DNA of 64,000 nt, from the NCBI GenBank assembly GCA_900299145.1, contig OMIN01000098.1, positions 6,081 through 70,080 of the forward strand. Direction: 5' to 3'. The stretch comes from Betaproteobacteria bacterium (GTDB lineage Bacteria > Pseudomonadota > Gammaproteobacteria > Burkholderiales > SG8-41). The position numbers were made by a program, and so were the translations under genes. Below the pieces are notes generated by a model. It worked only from the letters and a program-made list of their open reading frames with translations, was not told where the DNA came from and made no database searches. Below are positions 57,922 through 64,000 of the stretch, piece by piece; within the stretch, counting starts at the first letter, position 1, and each line of letters begins with the position of its first letter.

Positions 57922-58714
57922 GGCACAGATTAAAGCAGGCACAGCGCCCGCTGTAGCACAGCCCCGCACGTTGCCACTAGACGCAATTGGGGAACTCCCA
58001 GAAGTATTTCAGCACCGGACGCCATGCGAGATTGACCAGAAGATGCATATCATTGAGTTAGCGCGGGTGCTGAAGGGCGGCAACTCTCTCGCTGAAATAG
58101 CTATCTTTTGGGATGGGAAGCGATGGGTATGTGTCGATGGGCACCACCGCCTTGCCGCCTATCGGGCAGTAAAGTGGGAAAGGGGCGTGCCGGTGAAAGT
58201 GTTTGTTGGCACTGTAGCCCAAGCCATGCTCCGGGCGGCAGGGAACACGCGCGACAGGTTGCCAATGCGCAAGGCAGAGAAGATGAATACCGCATGGCGG
58301 CTTGTCCTCGCTGGCGGTCTTACTAAGAAAGAGATTGTGGATGGTGCGGCAGCGTCGGATGGCATCGTCGGGCGCATGCGTCATGTTGCAAAGTCATTGT
58401 CACGCCGAGAGCCTGAGACAGACCTGAGCGGAATCACTTGGGAACAAGCGCGTAGGAAATTTGACGGGGAAGACAGCCGCACTCACGAAGATATGGAAAG
58501 ATGGGTGCATGAGCAGGCGAAGGCGACCGCTGATAAGCTCGTGAAGGCGCTAGGACGCCCCAAGCACTGGAACCGAGAGATACTTTTAGAGGCCCTAGAA
58601 ATATGCGACGTGAAACTGCCCGCCTTTGCCGCCGAACACTGGCGCAGACGCTGGGCCGATTTCGATGAAGACGCGGAGCAGCTTGCTGAGGGAGAGGAAA
58701 AAGACGATTTCTAA
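57875..58714 (+). CDS. ParB/Srx-like nuclease-domain protein
   Basis: WDGKRWVCVDGHHRLAAY matches the ParB N-terminal domain DGxHR motif. The start could instead be the ATG at 57890. Confidence 0.75.
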   Translation: MEHIRMSLLTAKAALEAQIKAGTAPAVAQPRTLPLDAIGELPEVFQHRTPCEIDQKMHIIELARVLKGGNSLAEIAIFWDGKRWVCVDGHHRLAAYRAVKWERGVPVKVFVGTVAQAMLRAAGNTRDRLPMRKAEKMNTAWRLVLAGGLTKKEIVDGAAASDGIVGRMRHVAKSLSRREPETDLSGITWEQARRKFDGEDSRTHEDMERWVHEQAKATADKLVKALGRPKHWNREILLEALEICDVKLPAFAAEHWRRRWADFDEDAEQLAEGEEKDDF

Positions 58715-58893
58715 CCGGGGCCACCAAGGGGAAGCCGCAAGGCACCAGCGCGGCCCCTTGGGGGTGCACAGCTAGACGGGGGTTTTTGCATATTCACCAG
58801 CCTATGCATTTGCATAGCCAGATGAGAGCCGTAGCCGGTTAAATGGCTGGGCATATCTGTTTTTTTGTTTTCGCTAATCGGCGCGCGTCCCCA

Positions 58894-59076
58894 CTAGGCA
58901 ACTAAGCGGTAAAGAAGCAAAACAACCAATCCAACAACCCAGAACCACGCGATGATTACAATGAACTTGGGCGGCGTATCGGCCACTGACCGCCCCGGCC
59001 AATCCCATAGCAATCTGTAAAGACCAAATAGAGCCATTGCGGCGATGCAGAGATTATAAAACGCCTGCTTATCCAT
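58894..59076 (-). CDS. hypothetical two-TM small protein
   Basis: 60-aa ORF with two hydrophobic helices. Weak support. Confidence 0.3.
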   Translation of the reverse strand: MDKQAFYNLCIAAMALFGLYRLLWDWPGRSVADTPPKFIVIIAWFWVVGLVVLLLYRLVA

Positions 59077-59555
59077 GAATTAACTCACCTCTCTTTATGC
59101 TGCAATACGCGCCCCTTCGCCAGACAATGGATGCGCACCTGCATTCAACCCGCCACGGCATTGTACAAAGCGACCTGAGTGTACTAATATCCGGCCCGCA
59201 CTACTAACAACACAACTAAAGGGGACACTTCATGTATCTACTTGGCCACGACGTTTTCATCTGCCGTAACATCGCTAAACCACTGCCCGGACATGCCGCA
59301 CACCCACGCCCGCTGCTGAGTATTGCGCGGGGATGGACAGAGCGCGATACGGAAATCATTGTGGGCCCGTGGGACGTGATAGTGAGCAAGTGCTACAGAG
59401 ATGGCACACCCCGGCAGAAACACAGCTAGGGCCACAGCGGGGCACCAGCGGGGCCATTCCGGGGCCACTGCTGGTGCCCCGGATGAATTCGTAAAGCCCC
59501 CGGATGTAATGGTTCTGGACTGTTGCCAGCCTGTGCGTCAAGTTAAAATACACAA

Positions 59556-60062
59556 ATGCGCGCAGCACTGACAACCCTTTTATTCCTCATCGCACCCGCT
59601 CAAGCCGCAACTATCAGCGGCAAGGTTATCAATGTGGCCGATGGCGACACTACTACAGTTCTCGACGTTGACCGCACGCAGCACCGTATTCGCATCGGTG
59701 GCATAGACGCGCCTGAAAGGAAGCAGCCTTTCGGTGACACAGCACGGCAGAGCATGGCGCGTATGGTGAGCGGTAAAGAAGTAGTTGCCGATTGCCACAA
59801 GGTAGACCGTTACGGTAGGCAGGTATGCAAGGTATTTGCGCAGCCCACTGATTGCCCAACGTGCGGCATGACGCTAGACGTGGGGCATGCCCAAATATTA
59901 GCGGGGATGGCTTGGTGGTATCGAGAATACGCGAAAGAACAGCCAGCGGAAGACCGTGTGCGTTACGAGGCAGCGGAGCAAGATGCCCAAGCGCGTAAGC
60001 TGGGGCTGTGGCGCGATGCGAACCCCGTTGCGCCGTGGGAATGGCGGCGTAGGGCAAAGTGA
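59556..60062 (+). CDS. secreted thermonuclease (staphylococcal nuclease homologue)
   Basis: Signal peptide, GDTTTVLD...IRIGGIDAPE, and a C-terminal ARKLGLW. Confidence 0.88.
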   Translation: MRAALTTLLFLIAPAQAATISGKVINVADGDTTTVLDVDRTQHRIRIGGIDAPERKQPFGDTARQSMARMVSGKEVVADCHKVDRYGRQVCKVFAQPTDCPTCGMTLDVGHAQILAGMAWWYREYAKEQPAEDRVRYEAAEQDAQARKLGLWRDANPVAPWEWRRRAK

Positions 60063-60118
60063 TACTCCTCCTCTTTTTGGCGGCGGCGCGGGTGCTTCGC
60101 GGTATTGGTCTCAGAAAG

Positions 60119-60131
60119 CACAGTCTGTTGA
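60119..60131. repeat. attR core (direct repeat)
   Basis: CACAGTCTGTTGA, identical at 12 of 13 positions to 54431-54443. Confidence 0.75.
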
Positions 60132-60991
60132 TGGTCGGCCCGCCTGGCACCGGAAAAACCATGCTCGCGCAGCGGCTCCCTGGAATTTTGCCGCCGATGA
60201 CACAGCAGGAGGCGCTCGAATCGGCGGCCATGCAATCGCTCGGCAGCGCTGGCTTTGATGTCTCGAAATGGAAGCAGCGCCCCTACCGCGCGCCGCATCA
60301 CACTGCATCGGGCGTGGCGCTCGTCGGCGGCGGCGGCAACCCGCGCCCCGGCGAAATCTCCATGGCCATGCACGGTGTGCTGTTTCTGGATGAGCTGCCG
60401 GAGTTTGAACGCAAGGTGCTCGAAGTGCTGCGCGAGCCACTGGAATCCGGGCGTATCACCATTTCACGCGCGGCACGGCACGCGACTTTTCCTGCGGTAT
60501 TCCAGATGGTTTGTGCGATGAATCCGTGCCCGTGCGGATTTTTGGGACACTTTTCAGGGAAGTGCCGGTGTTCACCGGATCAGGTGGCGCGCTACCGCTC
60601 GCGAATTTCCGGCCCGCTGCTTGACCGCATTGATCTGCAAATTGAAGTGCCCGCACTGCCGCAGGAGGACTTGACGCGGCAAGGGCAAGGGAATGGTGAT
60701 TCGTCGGACACCGTGCGCGCGCGCGTCACCGCCGCACGCGAACGCGCTCTCGCGCGCCAGCAAAAACCCAACTCGCATTTGTCGACACGTGACATCGACA
60801 AACACTGTGTGCCCGACGAAAAAGGCGAAACGTTGCTAAAGCAGGCGATCAGCCGCATGGGCCTGTCGGCGCGTGCGTATCACCGCATACTCAAGGTGGC
60901 GCGCACGGTAGCTGATCTGGCGAACGTTGATACGGTTGCCAGCGCGCACATTGCCGAGGCGATACAGTATCGGCGGTTTGAGCGGGGGTGA
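60132..60991 (+). pseudogene. comM: comM/yifB 3' fragment
   Basis: (M)VGPPGTGKTMLAQRLPGILPP...GVLFLDELPEF...DRIDLQIEV...RAYHRILKVARTVADL. This resumes exactly where the 5' fragment stops. Confidence 0.88.
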
Positions 60992-61085
60992 GCGTGCTTT
61001 CTTTTACGACGGACAGGCAGGGTGCTGCGAAACAAGCGTTGCCGTTAACCTTACACTTTTATTAACTGATGCGGAATTTTGTGCC

Positions 61086-62279
61086 ATGTCTTTTCATGCT
61101 TCTAACACCCCCGGCAAGTCTGAATTGTCCTTGATCGAGGCTGCTCGCGAGCTTGTGCCGCTCGTCAAACAACACGCCGATCAAACCGATGCGGATCGCG
61201 AGCTGCCGAAGCCGCTGTTCCATGCGCTCGCCGACGCGGGCTTTTACCGCATGGCCGTCGCGCGAGCCGTCGGCGGGCTGGAAGTGGATTTCCCGACGTA
61301 TCTGCAAGTGCTTGAAGCACTGGGCACCGGCGACGCCAGCACCGCATGGACGGTCAGTCAGGGCGCGAATTGGGGAACCTACTCCGCGTGCATGCCGCAG
61401 GCCGCGGCGCGTGAAATCTGGACCGACACACCGCGCAGCGTGGTGTCAAACTCCCCCTCGCCAACGGCGAAGGCGGTGGCCGTACCGGGTGGATATCGCG
61501 TCACCGGCCGGCAGCCGTTTAGCACCGGCATCAAACATGCGTCGTGGGTCGCGGCCCACGCGCAAGTCATCGAAAACGGCGTAGTGCGGCAGCACAATGG
61601 CAAGCCCGAAGCGCGCTATTGCCTGATTCCAAAACGCGAGGTCGAGGTTATCGACGCTTGGCACACCAAGGGCATGCGCGGCACGGGCACACACACGTTC
61701 GACGTGAAAGATGTTTTCGTGCCCGAGGCGCGCACCGTGTTTCCACGGGGGGCGCAGCTCATCAGCCCGGGGCCGCGCTACAAAATTCCGGTAACGTTGG
61801 GCTTTGCGGCGGGTGATGGCATGGTGGCGCTGGGACTTGCGCGCAACTGTCTGGAGGCGTTTTACGAAGTGGCGGGCTCCAAGGCGCCGCGCAACATGAC
61901 GGGCCTGTTGCGTGAACAATCGATCACCCAGTTGGCCGCCGGGCAAGCCGAGGCCGCGTTGCGCGCCGGGCGCGCGTATCTGCTGTCGGCGGCGCAGGAA
62001 ATCTGGGCCTCGGCCGTGGCCACCAGCGAACCCGTGGCGAGCCTTGAGTCGCGCATCAATCTGCGGTTGGCATCAACGCACGCCATCCGGCTTGCCGCGC
62101 AGGTGGTTGACGGCCTGCATCCGCTTTGCGGCGCGACGGTGGTGTTTGACGGCCACCTTATCCAGCGCCTGTTTAACGACATGCACGTCATCACGCAACA
62201 CAGCCAGGGCCGTTTCCAGCACTATGAAATCTCGGGCAAGTACTACACCGGGCTGGAGATCGACGAAGGGCGCTTGTAA
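61086..62279 (+). CDS. acyl-CoA dehydrogenase-fold flavoprotein (monooxygenase-like)
   Basis: 397 aa with the ACAD-type three-domain pattern. It lacks the typical C-terminal catalytic Glu context and neighbours the TauD-like gene. The ATG at 61086 is preferred. Confidence 0.7.
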   Translation: MSFHASNTPGKSELSLIEAARELVPLVKQHADQTDADRELPKPLFHALADAGFYRMAVARAVGGLEVDFPTYLQVLEALGTGDASTAWTVSQGANWGTYSACMPQAAAREIWTDTPRSVVSNSPSPTAKAVAVPGGYRVTGRQPFSTGIKHASWVAAHAQVIENGVVRQHNGKPEARYCLIPKREVEVIDAWHTKGMRGTGTHTFDVKDVFVPEARTVFPRGAQLISPGPRYKIPVTLGFAAGDGMVALGLARNCLEAFYEVAGSKAPRNMTGLLREQSITQLAAGQAEAALRAGRAYLLSAAQEIWASAVATSEPVASLESRINLRLASTHAIRLAAQVVDGLHPLCGATVVFDGHLIQRLFNDMHVITQHSQGRFQHYEISGKYYTGLEIDEGRL

Positions 62280-62328
62280 AGCGTAAAGGTTTGTCTGATG
62301 CTGGGGCGGCGGGGCGCAAAGGCTGCTT

Positions 62329-63234
62329 TTACACCGGCCGGTCGCCGCACATTTGCACGCGGTGCATCACGCGCGGAAACTTCCATACATCGTTGACGGC
62401 AATATGCAGCGTGCAACGGTTGTCCCATACCGCGACCGAGCCTTTCTCCCAGCGAAAGCGGCAGGTGAATTCGGGGCGTGCCGCGTGCTGCAACAGAAAC
62501 CCAAGCAATGGCGCGCTCTCCTCGGAGGTCATTGCGGAAAAGCGCTGCGTATAAGATTTATTGACGAACAGGGTTTTGCGGCCGGTTTCGGGGTGCGTAC
62601 GCACGACGGGATGCTCAGACACCGTCTCGCGCCATTGTGCGTCTTCGCGCACCTTGTTCGTGCGATGCTTGTTGCGCCCGGCTTGCGGCCCCGCAACCGT
62701 GATGTCGCTGTGCACGGCCTTCAGGTTCGATAACAGTGCCTTCATGCCATCGGAAAGCCTTTCATACGCGAGATAGCCGTTGGCGAACAGCGTGTCGCCG
62801 CCATAGGGCGGCACGTCCACGCCATACAGCACGGCGCCACTGGGCGGCTCCGCCATGCAGGTGGTGTCGGCATGCCAGTCTTCCCCGACAATTTGCGTAT
62901 CGCCCGGCGTGCGGCGAATACGGACGATGTCGGGATACGGCCCTTCGGTCAGCAGATTCGGGTGGCGGAACAGGGGTGCGAAGCGGCGGCCAAAGGCGGT
63001 CAGCGCATCGTCATCGAGCGCCTGACCGCGGAAAAAGATCACCAGATGCTCCCGCCACGCGCGCCGGATTTCAGCGAAGGTCGCGTCGTCTATCGGGCGG
63101 CTGACATCGACGCCACCGATCTCGGCGCCGAGTGCGCCGGCCAGCGGTGAGACCGAGATGCGCGTGTATTCGTTCGCATATTCGTTGGCCTGCTCATTCG
63201 GATGGCTCGGTACGGGCGACAGTGTGCTGGACAT
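62329..63234 (-). CDS. TauD/TfdA family Fe(II)/2-oxoglutarate dioxygenase
   Basis: EDWHADTT (HxD) motif, and distal His/Arg in VWDNRCTLHIAVND and RVMHRV. Confidence 0.88.
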   Translation of the reverse strand: MSSTLSPVPSHPNEQANEYANEYTRISVSPLAGALGAEIGGVDVSRPIDDATFAEIRRAWREHLVIFFRGQALDDDALTAFGRRFAPLFRHPNLLTEGPYPDIVRIRRTPGDTQIVGEDWHADTTCMAEPPSGAVLYGVDVPPYGGDTLFANGYLAYERLSDGMKALLSNLKAVHSDITVAGPQAGRNKHRTNKVREDAQWRETVSEHPVVRTHPETGRKTLFVNKSYTQRFSAMTSEESAPLLGFLLQHAARPEFTCRFRWEKGSVAVWDNRCTLHIAVNDVWKFPRVMHRVQMCGDRPV

Positions 63235-63480
63235 GGCATGTACCCCAAGATGGCGTCGGTGACATTCTAAGACTGAAAATCATCCGGCGATAGCAGCGGA
63301 AGAAAGAGCTGAATTTCGCCGATGGACTGGTGGCGCCGTACAAACCACGCATTGACGCTGTGGCGAACGGGCGCTAAATTGCCACCGTGGCGATGCAAAT
63401 GGAATCGCGGAAGGGCGCATGCCATGCAGTCGCCGGGTGAAAGCATTGCTTGTATAGCGAAACTATCTAGGAGAGGTGCC

Positions 63481-64000
63481 ATGGCTGTTGTTCAAACGAT
63501 TGCGGGTCCCGTCGAAAGCGCTGCGCTGGGGCGCACACTGGCGCATGAGCATATCTGTAGCGGCATGGCCGGCATGGAGCGCGTCGGCATGTTCGATCTG
63601 GACGACGTGACACGCCGCGCGGTGGCCGCGCTCGACAACGCGCGCGGCGTCGGCATACAAACCGTGATCGATTGCTCGCCACTGGATCTCGGGCGGCAGG
63701 CGACGCTGTTTCAGCGGCTGGCGCGGGAATCGTCGTCGAATATCATTGCCTGCACTGGTGTGTATCGTTATGTGCCGTCGTCTTACGCCGGCTGGAATGT
63801 CGATGTACTCGCCGACTATTGGCTGCGCGATCTGAGCAGCGGCATGGAAGGCACCAACATCCGCGCGGGCGTGCTCAAAATTGCGTGGGATTACGAATAC
63901 CGTGTTGACGATGGCCCACACGCGCCCCGCGCCCAGCTCGAGAAATGCGCGCGCGCGGCGGCGCTGGCCGCGAAGACGGCTGGCGTGCCGATACTCGTAC
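63481..64000 (+). CDS. phosphotriesterase-related (PTE family amidohydrolase) protein, 3' end outside window
   Basis: ATG preceded by an AGGAGAGG Shine-Dalgarno. MAVVQTIAGPVESAALGRTLAHEHI carries the family G-x-TL-x-HEH motif. The frame is open to the window end. Confidence 0.8.
   Translation, partial: MAVVQTIAGPVESAALGRTLAHEHICSGMAGMERVGMFDLDDVTRRAVAALDNARGVGIQTVIDCSPLDLGRQATLFQRLARESSSNIIACTGVYRYVPSSYAGWNVDVLADYWLRDLSSGMEGTNIRAGVLKIAWDYEYRVDDGPHAPRAQLEKCARAAALAAKTAGVPILV

Larger units (their letters stand above)
54444..60131. mobile_element. ~5.7-kb integrated island in comM, carried by a large serine recombinase
   Basis: It splits GGHSLL|MVGPPGTGKT of comM and is flanked by 13-bp direct repeats. 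GC is visibly lower and codon usage differs. The recombinase gene is adjacent to attL. Confidence 0.85.

Overview
This is a GC-rich chromosomal segment, probably from a Burkholderiales-type betaproteobacterium. That placement is an inference from seven Bug/TctC paralogues and the overall gene content. About 60 genes can be called. In order they are: cytochrome-oxidase biogenesis genes (ctaA, ctaB, SCO); several Bug-plus-enzyme pairs; housekeeping genes (prmA, gcvH, dgkA, mscL, apaH, tRNA-Arg-CCG); a LapG/LapD-like c-di-GMP module next to an orphan T1SS-signal mini-protein; a split leucine-catabolism (liu) cluster; phaC; a DUF2946/PCuAC/TonB-receptor copper cluster; and a sigma-54-type porin-glnK-amtB operon. 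The comM (yifB) gene is interrupted by a 5.7-kb, lower-GC island carried by a serine recombinase. No rRNA genes or CRISPR arrays are present. The most unusual signal is not a gene. It is a ~30-bp AT-rich element (an A-tract followed by AATAAAAACARATAGTTAY) present in at least 18 copies, one every ~2-5 kb, in both orientations. Most copies lie on gene junctions, but some are written in-frame into conserved proteins. No full copy occurs inside the foreign island. I do not recognise it as any named repeat, uptake sequence or regulatory site. Coordinates of non-ORF features were read by eye and may be off by 1-2 nt.
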